Assembly: GCA_026129905.1 (NCBI GenBank)
Contig: JAHCHE010000013.1
Coordinates: 101,475-165,474 of the forward strand
Direction: 5' to 3'
DNA: 64,000 nt
Source of the DNA: Bryobacteraceae bacterium
Lineage (GTDB): Bacteria; Acidobacteriota; Terriglobia; Bryobacterales; Bryobacteraceae
In this document: in pieces, positions 27,800-37,481 of the stretch
Layout of the letters: each line of letters begins with the position of its first letter
How positions within the stretch are numbered: the stretch's first letter is position 1
Program-made: the position numbers and the translations under genes
The notes under the pieces: model-generated
Seen by the model: only the letters and a program-made list of their open reading frames with translations
Told to the model about the DNA's origin: nothing
Database searches by the model: none

Positions 27800-28560
27800 C
27801 GCTCGGCAAGGCGTTCGTGGCGGCCCTGGACATCGGCCGGTCCGGCCAAGTGCAGTTGATCTTCGACCGCCGCGTCAGCCGGCGTACGCCCGGCAAGTTC
27901 CGCACACGGGTGATTGCCGAGGGCGTGGTCCCGTCGCGGCACGTCGATTACAAGAACCACCCGGATCAAGCAGTATCACAAGGAAGGGCGCGCACTGCGC
28001 ACCGAAACCACGATCAACAACACCCGCGACTTCGGCATCGGCAAGTTGCTCAAGAACCTGCCCACCCTGCGGCAGGTCGGCTTCCAACCGGCGTCTCCTG
28101 GACGTCCAAAGAGTTTCGCACGATTGCGCGATTGGCGAGGACGCGTTTGATCGGGTGGTTCGCCCCACCGAAGTGGACGGACAAAGGGCATCGGCCCTTC
28201 GTTTCGGCGACCAGCGCGAGCAGGCTCTGTTCGCTGCGCTGGTGGTATTCCGTCTCCAACGGCGAGGGTTCACCAATCAGGAAATGCGCGCCCTGCTGGC
28301 GCAACTGCTGGGCCTCGATCCAGCCAACTACCCCATCGGAAGGATGACCTACGACCTCCGCCGGCTTCGCCTCCACGGAATCATCGAACGCATTCCGCAC
28401 AGCCATCGATATCAACTCACCCCGGATGGTCTACGCATTGCGCTCTTCTTCTCCCGGACCTACGCCCGCCTGCTGCGCCCTAAACTTGCCGAGATTATGC
28501 CGGCCGCGGCCACTCACATCCACGTTGCGCACGGCATTCGGCCGCCTCAACGGTCACATT
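27800..28560 (+). mobile_element. Transposase-like remnant: fragments of one protein spread over three reading frames (IS family not identified)
   Basis: Consecutive pieces sit in different frames: 'GRSGQVQLIFDRRVSRRTPGKFRTRVIAEGVVPSRHVDYKNHPDQ', then 'KQYHKEGRALRTETTINNTRDFGIGKLLKNLPTLRQVGFQ', then 'FTNQEMRALLAQLLGLDPANYPIGRMTYDLRRLRLHGIIERIPHSHRYQLTPDGLRIALFFSRTYARLLRP'. The region is dense with overlapping ORFs on both strands, as expected for a decayed gene. It lies in the island downstream of tRNA-Ser. Confidence 0.3.
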
Positions 28561-28697
28561 GATGCCTGCTGTGAAGACCAGCGCTTGGTCGCCTAAACTT
28601 GACTCATTCGAATTACATTTCTATAGGCAAGGACTCTAGCGTCCGATATCCATATTCCGGTAACGCCGTTTCTAAAGCGAAGTGATAATATCGGATT

Positions 28698-29168
28698 GTG
28701 GCATCGGCAATCCTCGCCTTTATCGCCTTCACGGGCGCGTTCACGCCGGTCGACCCGCCAAATTTGGCGTATTCTACGTACCTGCCGGGACCTGCCGCGG
28801 TCTACAGCGTCGCGGACAAGACGGGCGCTCTGTATTTCACCTTCGATTCGACATCCGCCTGCTATGCGGGACCCTCGTACGATCCTCGGCAGCCAGTGGT
28901 GGCCGCGTTCATCGGCAGGCTGGAACGCGAAGGACAAACCGTAACGTGGGTGGCTTGCGTCCCCGGGGCCTCCGGGGGAATTGCGATTGACGATGCCGCG
29001 GCGCTTTACCTTGCGACGAAATCGAGCGGATCATCGACCATCACCAGACTTGCGGCGGATACATTGCGGCCCGTTTACGCGACGGCGCTGGGAGCTGCAT
29101 CCGTTACGGCGTTGGCATTGGATCGCGCGGGTAGCGTGTACGCCGCTGGTGCGGCTGGGCCGGAATGA
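28698..29168 (+). CDS. SBBP beta-propeller repeat protein, N-terminal piece (likely part of a split gene with 29165..30691)
   Basis: SBBP-type repeats ('YSTYLPG...', '...VYAAGAAGPE'). No convincing signal peptide. Preceded by an AT-rich spacer. Ends in ATGA overlap with the next ORF. Confidence 0.5.
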   Translation: MASAILAFIAFTGAFTPVDPPNLAYSTYLPGPAAVYSVADKTGALYFTFDSTSACYAGPSYDPRQPVVAAFIGRLEREGQTVTWVACVPGASGGIAIDDAAALYLATKSSGSSTITRLAADTLRPVYATALGAASVTALALDRAGSVYAAGAAGPE

Positions 29169-30691
29169 ATACAACGCCGGGCGCATATCTCGACAATTGC
29201 GAGAGCTCCCCGTGCGGATTTGTGACGAAACTCGGCCAGTCGGGCGCTGTTAGCTTCGCGACCTATACACCGGGGAGAGTGAACGCCATTGCGGTGGACA
29301 GCCGCGGACAGGCGTGGATCACGGGGACGCACACGATTAAGGTCATATCGCCCGGCGGCAATGCTTCGTACTCGCTTGCTTTCGTCACCAAACTAGACGC
29401 TGAAGGGAAGACGAGATTGTTCAACCAGGACTTCGGCGGCGGCGTTTTTTTTCGAACGCCAGTGGACGGGGCCGGTCTGGGCCTCGCCATCGACGGCGAG
29501 GACGCTGCGTACGCGGTGGGCCTGGGGAGCGTGACGCTCGCCACGCCTGGCGCGATCCAACCGTCGAATCCGTCGCTGTTCACGCATTACCCGTACCTCG
29601 TGAAGTTCGACTCCGGGGGGAACGTCGCTTTCGGCGCAATTCTGGACCCGGAATACCAGCGCATTTACGCGGTATCCGTCGACGCCTCGGGTAACGCATA
29701 CGTTGGGGTGGCCGGTCAGTACAGGCCGGCGAGCGCGAAGGGACTCTGTGGTTGGGGTATGACCTCGAACCTGATAGCGATTAGCCGGGACGGTTCCAAA
29801 GTGCTGGCTTCCCGGTTCGTCGGCGGTTGGATCCTATCGCTAACGCGGCACGAATCCGGAGCCGTATACGTTTCCGGCGCCACCACCAGTACCGCTTTCC
29901 TGGCGACTCCCGGGGCCTATCAGTCGGAATACCCCAGGTTATCGCAGTCGGCCTTTGCGGCGAAAATCGATTTCTCCGAACAAGCCTCCCCGATCCTGAC
30001 GTGCGTGGCAAATGCGGCCAGCGGGTGGGCAGGCAGGAACGCGTCGGGCTTCAACGGGGCTGTCGCGCCGGGGGAACTTGTGACCATCTACGGCGAACCA
30101 TTTGAAGCAGGCGAGGACGTGAACGTGACGTTTGACGGCGTGCCGGCCCCTGTCGTTTATTCCGCCGTTAATGAGATCAACGCCGTAGTCCCATTCAGAA
30201 TGGACACCGAGGGTGGCTTCACGCAGCTCTCAATCAGGCTCGGATCGCAGGTCATCGGGCCCTACCGTTTACCGCTCTCGCAAGCCGTTCCAGGCATATT
30301 CCTGAGTGACGGGTCTTCTACGGTTGCCGCGCTGAATCAGGACGGCTCCGTCAACTCGATTGCGAACCCAGCCCCGCCCGGCTCGGTGGTCGCGGTTTAC
30401 GTGACCGGGGCCGGCCTCTATGACCGCGAAATAGAAGATGGAGCGTCGGGTCCGATGGAACCGCCCTTTCCGGCGCCGGTCCTGGGAGTCCGCGCGGCCA
30501 TGTGGTCGACCTCGTGGCCGACCATTGAAGCGCCGGTCCTGTTTGCCGGCCAGGCGCCTGGACTGATCGCCGGCGTCGTGCAAGTCAATCTGAGGATCCC
30601 CGAGGGACTTGCGCCCGGCCCGGCGCATCTGGTGATGTACTTCGGGAATTTTCCGACCCCCGATCCGGTGATTTTTGTCGGCAGCAAATAG
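29165..30691 (+). CDS. SBBP repeat + TIGR03437 ('Solibacter C-terminal domain') protein, C-terminal piece
   Basis: Starts mid-repeat ('NTTPGAYLDN...GFVTKL...SFATY') with no signal peptide. The C-terminal domain ('...GFNGAVAPGELVTIYGEPF...PAPVVYSAVNEINAVVPF...GVVQVNLRIPEGLAPGPAHLVMYFGNFPTPDPVIFV') matches the uncharacterized Solibacter-type C-terminal domain. Confidence 0.6.
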   Translation: MNTTPGAYLDNCESSPCGFVTKLGQSGAVSFATYTPGRVNAIAVDSRGQAWITGTHTIKVISPGGNASYSLAFVTKLDAEGKTRLFNQDFGGGVFFRTPVDGAGLGLAIDGEDAAYAVGLGSVTLATPGAIQPSNPSLFTHYPYLVKFDSGGNVAFGAILDPEYQRIYAVSVDASGNAYVGVAGQYRPASAKGLCGWGMTSNLIAISRDGSKVLASRFVGGWILSLTRHESGAVYVSGATTSTAFLATPGAYQSEYPRLSQSAFAAKIDFSEQASPILTCVANAASGWAGRNASGFNGAVAPGELVTIYGEPFEAGEDVNVTFDGVPAPVVYSAVNEINAVVPFRMDTEGGFTQLSIRLGSQVIGPYRLPLSQAVPGIFLSDGSSTVAALNQDGSVNSIANPAPPGSVVAVYVTGAGLYDREIEDGASGPMEPPFPAPVLGVRAAMWSTSWPTIEAPVLFAGQAPGLIAGVVQVNLRIPEGLAPGPAHLVMYFGNFPTPDPVIFVGSK

Positions 30692-30785
30692 CGTTCTTCG
30701 TCCTCGACGCGGTCTTTGGATCGGCCGTCAGCCAACGATCTCGTCGTACTGGGCATGTGTGCCGATCCAGAACCAGAGAAAGCCG

Positions 30786-30986
30786 TTAGTTAGACACCTT
30801 GACCGCAAGCGCACGGTGGCGTAGACCAACCCGCGCAGCCCAGAGATCATCGAGTCTCTTGAAGTGGAGGGATGGATACTGAGGATCGGCCTTGAGTAGT
30901 TCGAACGCTCTATCTGCGACTCGCTGCACGTTCACTGGCAGGCGGCGGTAGCAGGCCCAGAAGTCAGGCGCCGCGTGGTGCGTCAC
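30786..30986 (-). CDS. ParE/RelE-superfamily toxin (short, 66 aa)
   Basis: '...DPQYPSLHFKRLDDLWAARVGLRHRALAVKV' follows the ParE/RelE-like pattern. ATGA-type overlap with the upstream antitoxin gene. Confidence 0.6.
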   Translation of the reverse strand: MTHHAAPDFWACYRRLPVNVQRVADRAFELLKADPQYPSLHFKRLDDLWAARVGLRHRALAVKVSN

Positions 30987-31183
30987 AATTTGGTCGAGCG
31001 CCCGGCTTCGTGATCTCGGACAGCGCGTTCGACAAGACTGGCCAATTCGCCGCTCTTCGCGTCGGCTTCGATCTGGCGGTCCCGGAGGTCGGCATCAAGG
31101 CGGTCAAACCACTCGCGAAGGGCTCTAAGCTCAGAGGGACTCAACTCGGCAATCTGTTCTTTGAGTTGCTCCACGTGGCTCAT
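30983..31183 (-). CDS. Addiction-module antitoxin (TIGR02574-like small helical component)
   Basis: 66 aa, 'MSHVEQLKEQIAELSPSELRALREWFDRLDADLRDRQIEADA'. Antitoxin-first gene order, overlapping the toxin. Confidence 0.6.
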   Translation of the reverse strand: MSHVEQLKEQIAELSPSELRALREWFDRLDADLRDRQIEADAKSGELASLVERAVRDHEAGRSTKL

Positions 31184-31210
31184 CCTCGCCTCGCTGTTCA
31201 GAATAACGCG

Positions 31211-32791
31211 CTACAGCTTCGGCTCTTCCACCGAGACGGTCACCGATGGTTTCACCTTCAGCCCTTCGCCATCGTGATGGATGCCGAGAGACTGCAGCAA
31301 GGTCGGCACGTCCAGACCGAGCGCCTGAAGTTGCTGGAGAAGGCTGAACACCACGGCCGGCGCGGCCTGAGCCATCCGCCCGATACCGGAGGCGCCCGCG
31401 CCGCCGTTGCCGCCCTGGTCGATCACCACGAGCTTGTCGATGTTGCCGAGCGGCGCCGCTACCGCGCCAAAGACGCCGGTGGACGACTGAATGATCGCCG
31501 GGAGTTTCTCGAGGATGGTCTGGAGTTTCGCCGCTTCATTGAACTCCTTCCACGCTTCGGCCTTGCGGAGGATGGCGGCGGCCTCGGCAACGCCCTGCGC
31601 CTCGATGGCTTTGGCCTGCGCCAGGCCGACAGCTTCGATCTTGGCCGCCTCGGCCCTGCCTTCAGCTTCGATGGCGGCGGCGCGGCCGACGCCCTCCTTG
31701 CGTCGCTTTTCCTGTTCGGCTTCGGCGAGAGCAATGAGAGCCGCGCGCCGGCCCTCAGCTTCGAGGATGGCCGCCTGCTTGGCGGCCTCGGCGCGGACGA
31801 CGGCGGCCTGGCGGTCGGCGTCGGCGGGCTTGATTACGGTGGCCTCAAGTTCCCGCTGCTTGCGAAGGACCTCCTGCTCCTGGACGGCAATCATCTCCTG
31901 GGTGCGGGTCTTCTCGATCTTCACCTGCTCGGCCACCACCGCCTGCCTCGCGCGGGCTTCGGAAAGCGGACCGGCCTGCGCCGCCTTGGCCTTCTCGTTC
32001 TCGACCTCGGCCTGGTACTGCGCCTGCTTGATCTGGAAGCCGCGCTGGGCCTCGGCGATGGTGGTATCGGCAGCGAACTTCTCCTTCTCGCCCTCTTGCA
32101 AGGCCACGGCCGACTTGATTTTGGCGTCGCGCTGCGCCTCGGCTTCGCCGATAACGGCGTCCCGCTTCACCTCGGCGGTGCGGCGGCGGCCTAGCGCGTT
32201 CAGATAGTCCTCCTCGTCGCTGATTTCCTGGATGGTGAGAACATCGACGCCGATGCCCATCTTCTCCAGGTCCACCGCCGCCTCGCTGGTCAGCTTCTGG
32301 GCGAAACTCTGGCGGTCGTTGTTGATCTCTTCCACCGACAGCGTGCCGAGAATGGAGCGCAGGTGGCCTTCGAGCGTCTGGAAAATCACCTGCTGGATCT
32401 GGCCGACCGACATGCCAAGGAAGCGTTCCGCGGCGGCGTGGAGGGACGCCTCGTCCCCCCGGATCTTGACGTTCGCGATCGCCTTGACGAACACCGGGAC
32501 GCCGTGCAGAGTGTAGGCGCGCTTGATCTCTAGCGGAATCGTGAAGACGTTCAGCGACAGGTGATCCACTTTTTCAAGCAGGGGGATGCGCAGGGCCGCG
32601 CCGCCGCGCACCATCCGGTAGCCGACGAACCGCCCGTCGGCCAGCTTCCGCTTCCGGCCGCTCAGCACCGCCACCATGTTCGGGGACACCTTGATGTAGT
32701 TGCGGCTGAACAGGGCCGCCGCAATGAAAAAGCCGAGCAGAACCAGCAATACCACCAGGGGCATCAACAACTGCGAGGCCTCGGAAAACAT
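31211..32791 (-). CDS. Flotillin (SPFH/band-7 domain, YqiK/FloA-like)
   Basis: N-terminal TM followed by an SPFH domain, then a long Ala/Glu/Lys-rich coiled-coil ('EAEAQRDAKIKSAVALQEGEKEKFAADTTIAEAQRG...'). Likely start is the internal ATG (MFSEASQLLMPLVVLL). Confidence 0.8.
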   Translation of the reverse strand: MFSEASQLLMPLVVLLVLLGFFIAAALFSRNYIKVSPNMVAVLSGRKRKLADGRFVGYRMVRGGAALRIPLLEKVDHLSLNVFTIPLEIKRAYTLHGVPVFVKAIANVKIRGDEASLHAAAERFLGMSVGQIQQVIFQTLEGHLRSILGTLSVEEINNDRQSFAQKLTSEAAVDLEKMGIGVDVLTIQEISDEEDYLNALGRRRTAEVKRDAVIGEAEAQRDAKIKSAVALQEGEKEKFAADTTIAEAQRGFQIKQAQYQAEVENEKAKAAQAGPLSEARARQAVVAEQVKIEKTRTQEMIAVQEQEVLRKQRELEATVIKPADADRQAAVVRAEAAKQAAILEAEGRRAALIALAEAEQEKRRKEGVGRAAAIEAEGRAEAAKIEAVGLAQAKAIEAQGVAEAAAILRKAEAWKEFNEAAKLQTILEKLPAIIQSSTGVFGAVAAPLGNIDKLVVIDQGGNGGAGASGIGRMAQAAPAVVFSLLQQLQALGLDVPTLLQSLGIHHDGEGLKVKPSVTVSVEEPKL

Positions 32792-32810
32792 AGAAGACTC
32801 CTTTTCGACT

Positions 32811-33350
32811 CTAATACGGGCGAACGACGACAATCTCGCCGAGAATCTGGTCGACAACGACGATCGTATTCTCGGGGAGGGCGGCGCCGTCCTTGGAGCG
32901 CGCGATCTTATCGATGACTTCCTCGCCGAGCTGGCAGCGCACCTGGCCGATTCCGCCCGCGGGGATAGAGACGACCACCCGGGCGGTCTTGCCCATCATG
33001 TCTTCCGTCTGAAGGTGCGTGCTGGCCTGCTGGCCATAGAGGAAACGCGCGAACAGGTAGATGAGGCTGCCGAAGCCGATGCCGCTGGCGAAGCCCACCC
33101 CTGACGCGGCTAGGGTGGACAGGCCATAATGGATGCCCACAGCGCCGAAGCCGCCGAACGCGGTGATGAAAACGCTGAGCACGCGTGGACTTAGAAAACT
33201 CGGCCCGCCGTGATCGAAGTCATGATCAAAGCCGCCGATATGCTCGAAGATCTCTCCGAACATCAGGGAAACAACAAGAAATATGAAGCCGATCGCGGCG
33301 ATGCCAAGAAAAACGCTGAAAGCGGAGATTTGCGAGAGCCAGCCCGGCAA
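32811..33350 (-). CDS. NfeD-family membrane protein (YqiJ-like), flotillin partner
   Basis: Polytopic N-terminal half plus a C-terminal OB-fold-like beta domain ('GKTARVVVSIPAGGIGQVRCQLGEEVI...TIVVVDQILGEIVVVRP'). Sits immediately upstream of flotillin, the classic nfeD-flotillin operon. Confidence 0.75.
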   Translation of the reverse strand: MPGWLSQISAFSVFLGIAAIGFIFLVVSLMFGEIFEHIGGFDHDFDHGGPSFLSPRVLSVFITAFGGFGAVGIHYGLSTLAASGVGFASGIGFGSLIYLFARFLYGQQASTHLQTEDMMGKTARVVVSIPAGGIGQVRCQLGEEVIDKIARSKDGAALPENTIVVVDQILGEIVVVRPY

Positions 33351-33495
33351 AGGACCTCCTTGCCAGGATAAGTCTACATAACCGGGTTGGCGAGGTCAAT
33401 CCACTGGACACCGGCTCCAAGATGATGAATGCTATCAGCGCAACGCCCAGGTAGCGGAAGTGCTCGGGGGAATTCAGCCGGGCATCGCGCGCGCT

Positions 33496-34401
33496 CTACA
33501 GAGCGAAACGCTTATAGCGCGCAGCGACAAACTGGAAGACGCCATACAAAAGAAGGCCGGCGGCAACCAGCGCGAGCAGGAGAACTCCGTACGGCTGCCG
33601 GGCGATCTTCTCGAGAGCGCCGTCCAAACCGATCGCCTCGTACGGGTCGGATTGCCACGCGGCGACGATCAGAAACAGGCCAACGATGGCGAACACAACG
33701 CCGCGCGCGGCCAGCCCCGCTTTGCCCAGACGCCGGATCCAGGGGCGCGCCGTTGTCGTCATGCGCTCCCGGAGAGTCATCATGAACTCGCCGCAATAGC
33801 TCCGGCGGAATTGCGCGACGGCGGTGGCGATGACGATCGCCCCGGCAAGAGCGACCAGCCAGCGGCCAAATGGGCGCGACATGAGTTCGGCGGTCAGACT
33901 CGCCGGTTCCTTGGGAGCGGCGCCGAGTCCCACGGCGAGATTGAAAGCGTAGATCGCCAGCCCGCCGTGAAACACGCCGCTAGCGATCCGGCCGGCTCGC
34001 CGAGTTATCGCTCGCGCGCTGGCGCCGAGTCTGTCCGGATCCGTGACGCCTTCCACGATGCGCCAGACGGCATAACAAACCAGGCCGGCCGCCAGGATCC
34101 ATAGCATGAGCTGGCCGAACGGCTGCCTTCCGATCTCGTCCAGCGCGCCATGCGTGTCCTGAGCCTCTCCGCCGCCTGCGGCCGCCATCCGCAGCGCCAG
34201 CGCGCCGACCGTCACATACACAACGCCTTTGGCCAAAAAGCCGAATCGGGCCAGGGCGGTGAGCCGGTCGACGTGACGCGCGGCCAGCCGCTTCGTCGAG
34301 CGGATGTTCGGAAGAGTCTTCGTGCGCAAGGTCCCCTGCTCCTTAGATCCCACCGGCGCCGCAGCGTTACCTTGGTTTCGAAAGTGGGTTACGGCGGGCA
34401 C
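33496..34401 (-). CDS. DUF1206-type membrane protein (internal repeats)
   Basis: Repeated units 'ARxGxxAKGVVYxxVGxxALxxAxxGG...GALxxIxRQPxGxxLLxxxAAGLxxYxxxxxV' occur at least twice. Confidence 0.6.
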   Translation of the reverse strand: MPAVTHFRNQGNAAAPVGSKEQGTLRTKTLPNIRSTKRLAARHVDRLTALARFGFLAKGVVYVTVGALALRMAAAGGGEAQDTHGALDEIGRQPFGQLMLWILAAGLVCYAVWRIVEGVTDPDRLGASARAITRRAGRIASGVFHGGLAIYAFNLAVGLGAAPKEPASLTAELMSRPFGRWLVALAGAIVIATAVAQFRRSYCGEFMMTLRERMTTTARPWIRRLGKAGLAARGVVFAIVGLFLIVAAWQSDPYEAIGLDGALEKIARQPYGVLLLALVAAGLLLYGVFQFVAARYKRFAL

Positions 34402-34469
34402 GACAAAATGGTTGGGATGCGTCCGCTACGCAGCGGCTCTTGCCTGCGCGGGCCTTGCCGCGGGCGGCT

Positions 34470-36305
34470 TCAGTTGCCTGTGACAACTATCTTGTAGCTG
34501 ACTTCGTTCCGATCAGGCTGCGCGGCGTAAACGTCGAGTCTCGCCGGCCCGTCGCTGCTCCAGGCCCTGAGAGTGCCGGTACGGCGCAGGCCCTCGACCG
34601 AGACCGAAGCCGCGCTCTCTGTCGCGCTTCTGACGCACAATTCGATGCGCTTTCCTGTCAGCGGCCCGCCAAGGGTATCTTCGATCTCAAAGGAGTCCTC
34701 GAACACTTCCACGCGGCGAAGCAGTTTGAAGCGCTTGTCGTGCGGAAAAGGATCGGAATCGGGTAGGCGCCGCTTATCGTGCGCCGCCCCTGGCCGGAAC
34801 AACTGCAGTAAGGCCGCCACGACCCCACGCAATCGAACGCGCTGCATTCCGTGTTCCGTCTTGACCCAGGTGTCGGACATGAAACAATCGCTCGGCCATG
34901 TCGGGGTCAACACGTAGGCGCCGTCAATCACCACGGGTATGAACCCCGTATATCGCGGGTCCAGTTCATCATTGCCAAGCGCATACCGGCGACTGATCTT
35001 CTGCGCGACGCGGAACAGACGGTTCCAACTCGTAGGTCTCACCACGGCGTCGCGAGAACATCGCCGGGGGATGGCGCCGACGGCCAACTTTTCGCCAACT
35101 TGGAAGCGGAGCACGGTCGGTCCGAAGTATCTACGGTCCCCTATCTCCTGCTGCGAACCCGTTCGGATAAACAGCTCCGCTTCGGAATGACTAAGCTTCG
35201 CGATGCCCAAGTCGCGGGAGAGGGCGCTGCGGGAACCGATGCTGGACTTCACGGGCGCGTCCGAGTTCATATCCGCATCCTGATACAGAACCTCGGCCAA
35301 AAGCACATACGCGGCGGAGGCGACCGAATACGTCGATGGGAGCGCGTAGACGTCTCTGGACCAGGCTTGCTCTTGTTTGTTGGATCCGCCGAACCGATTC
35401 GTCTGCAGGTAACCTTCCGGCGTCCGAGGAGTCGAGCGATAAACGGCCGTCAGCCTCCGGGCGTATTCCACGCAGTCCGCGCGCAGTTCTCCGTCCTGCG
35501 CCGCAGCCGCGCGCAAGCAGAACAAAGTCAGACCCGAGGCGAAAGTCGTGTTGTCCGATCGTCCGAAGTACGAGAAATTCCCATCTCGGGACATCAGTGG
35601 AAGGGCCGCTCGCATGCCATCGGCAAACCTGCATTTGAATCGCTCGTCTTCGGTCAGAGCGTGACATACCGCGAGCAGGAACAGGAACTTCATGCAATAC
35701 GCCAGAGGAAAGCGTCGGATGGCGCCGGTCGCCGCGAAGCGTGGCTCGTCATAGTAGAAACCGTCTGCGGATCGATACCGGTCGAGTTCGGCGAACAGGA
35801 AAGCGAGCCGGGACTCGCTCATCCCGCCGCCCGTGGCAACGGGGAGAAGCACGAAGTCATTAACCAGTTGCATGAAGTACATGTTGTTGCCGCTGGGATG
35901 GTCGAGCGCTTCCGCGTGGAAAGGTCTTGACGCTGCGCACAGCCGGCCTAATGTCTCCTGCAACCCAGTGCGTTCGATCCCGCTCCGCCGCGACAGGATC
36001 TGAGCGAGATAGATGGCCAGGGCGTTGAAGAAGCGTGCCGGATAGCCGCGCCGTTCCCACTGGCGCAACCGTAGATCAGCAAGCTCTAGCCGCTCCGAAG
36101 CTCGGCCATCGAGCAGGAAAATGAGCAACTGCGCAAGGGTATAGTGCGACGCAACGTACAGGTCCGTCGTCTCGTGGATGAGACCGCGGCCCGGTTCCAC
36201 GGCGCCGGCCTCGGTAAAACAGGGCGTGATCGCATCGATCACCTCACCGACGAAAACAGCGAGTTCCGAGGGCCCGGAGCCGTGCGATCGAAACGGAGGC
36301 GCCAT
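34470..36305 (-). CDS. Hypothetical cytoplasmic protein (611 aa), function unknown
   Basis: Long ORF with genome-typical codon bias and no signal peptide. Member of the minus-strand operon 33496..43489. Confidence 0.5.
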   Translation of the reverse strand: MAPPFRSHGSGPSELAVFVGEVIDAITPCFTEAGAVEPGRGLIHETTDLYVASHYTLAQLLIFLLDGRASERLELADLRLRQWERRGYPARFFNALAIYLAQILSRRSGIERTGLQETLGRLCAASRPFHAEALDHPSGNNMYFMQLVNDFVLLPVATGGGMSESRLAFLFAELDRYRSADGFYYDEPRFAATGAIRRFPLAYCMKFLFLLAVCHALTEDERFKCRFADGMRAALPLMSRDGNFSYFGRSDNTTFASGLTLFCLRAAAAQDGELRADCVEYARRLTAVYRSTPRTPEGYLQTNRFGGSNKQEQAWSRDVYALPSTYSVASAAYVLLAEVLYQDADMNSDAPVKSSIGSRSALSRDLGIAKLSHSEAELFIRTGSQQEIGDRRYFGPTVLRFQVGEKLAVGAIPRRCSRDAVVRPTSWNRLFRVAQKISRRYALGNDELDPRYTGFIPVVIDGAYVLTPTWPSDCFMSDTWVKTEHGMQRVRLRGVVAALLQLFRPGAAHDKRRLPDSDPFPHDKRFKLLRRVEVFEDSFEIEDTLGGPLTGKRIELCVRSATESAASVSVEGLRRTGTLRAWSSDGPARLDVYAAQPDRNEVSYKIVVTGN

Positions 36306-36365
36306 CTCCGGTTCACCGATGGCCGATTGGCTGCCAGGCCACCGCGACGGACTCCTGCCTCGGCG

Positions 36366-37112
36366 TCAAGCTGACGTTCTCTCCGGCGCGGGAAAACGCG
36401 GCTCGATGATAGTCTTCTCGAACGCAAAGCACCCTAACTGATGCGGCGCGTCTTCCGATTCCGCCTGCTCCCAATCGACGCGCCGGCCTGTCGCCCAGAC
36501 CGGACCACTGAAAAGCCGCCACATCTCCCGCCGCTTCAGACGGGCGCCAAGACGTTGCCACTGCTCAATCTCCCTAGCGGAATGCGAGCGGCAGATATAC
36601 GGCAAGTCCTGGCCGTAGAGCGCGTCGGTTCGTTTGTAGACGTTTGGGCAGTGCTCGCGATGATTGTAAGGCGTGGTGATGATCAGCAGCCCTCCGGGCG
36701 CAAGCAGGGCCAGCATGTTGCGCACCGCGTTCTCATGCTCGACGATATGCTCGATCACGCTGATGCATGTCACTGCGTCGAATGGGCCCCCGAACTCGCT
36801 GGGTTCGGTGATGTCTACGTCCAGGACGGTCCAGTGACGGTTCACGATCTGGTTGCGCCAGTAGTCACGCACATTGTCAATCGCGGTCACGATAAAGCCA
36901 CAGTTGCGCAAGAGGTGCGGCCACGCCGTAGTGCCGGTTCCGACGTCCAGCACGGTTTTCGGACGTTCCGCTGCGAGACAGTCGAGCGCAAAGCCGTATT
37001 CTATCGGTCGCTCGTTATGATGGGTGAAAGTCTGCCTGCGGTATTCCATCGAACAGAGTCGACGGATGTACCAGTTACCGGTCTGCCTCGCCAGCGCTTT
37101 CAGTGGGTTCAT
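36366..37112 (-). CDS. Class I SAM-dependent methyltransferase
   Basis: Motif I 'VLDVGTGTTAW' and motif II/III 'FDAVTCISVIEHI...LLAPGGLLIITTP'. Confidence 0.7.
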   Translation of the reverse strand: MNPLKALARQTGNWYIRRLCSMEYRRQTFTHHNERPIEYGFALDCLAAERPKTVLDVGTGTTAWPHLLRNCGFIVTAIDNVRDYWRNQIVNRHWTVLDVDITEPSEFGGPFDAVTCISVIEHIVEHENAVRNMLALLAPGGLLIITTPYNHREHCPNVYKRTDALYGQDLPYICRSHSAREIEQWQRLGARLKRREMWRLFSGPVWATGRRVDWEQAESEDAPHQLGCFAFEKTIIEPRFPAPERTSA

Positions 37113-37481
37113 ATATCGTAGCGGGCTGCAAGGAAGAGTGCACAGCCTTTTCCCTCCGCCTCTGGCGAACCGGGAACAACCGCGCTTTCCAGGCGTCCGC
37201 CCGGGTCGACAGCCGACGGCGAACCGTTCGCCGTGCGCCGCAGTTCATCATACCGCACGGCGCGCCCGAGCCGCTGGCGTGCGCACGCTTCGTGAACGCC
37301 TCTCCGGCTGGACCGATCTCGGCTCACTCTATCGCGTCGCCTCCGCGGGGAGACGAGCGCTGCTCCAAATCGGCCCTTCGTTCGGATGTCGTGCGCGTGT
37401 TCGCCGCGGCCAAGTTCCATTCCGACGCATCGCAGGCTCGGACAGAAAAAGGAACTTCGCCGCTTCTGCTTCGGTGTGATG

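Noticed and set aside
31010-32207. Plus-strand ORFs opposite flotillin
   Set aside because: Antisense artefacts of the Ala/Glu/Lys-rich coiled-coil coding region, whose reverse complement is also stop-poor.
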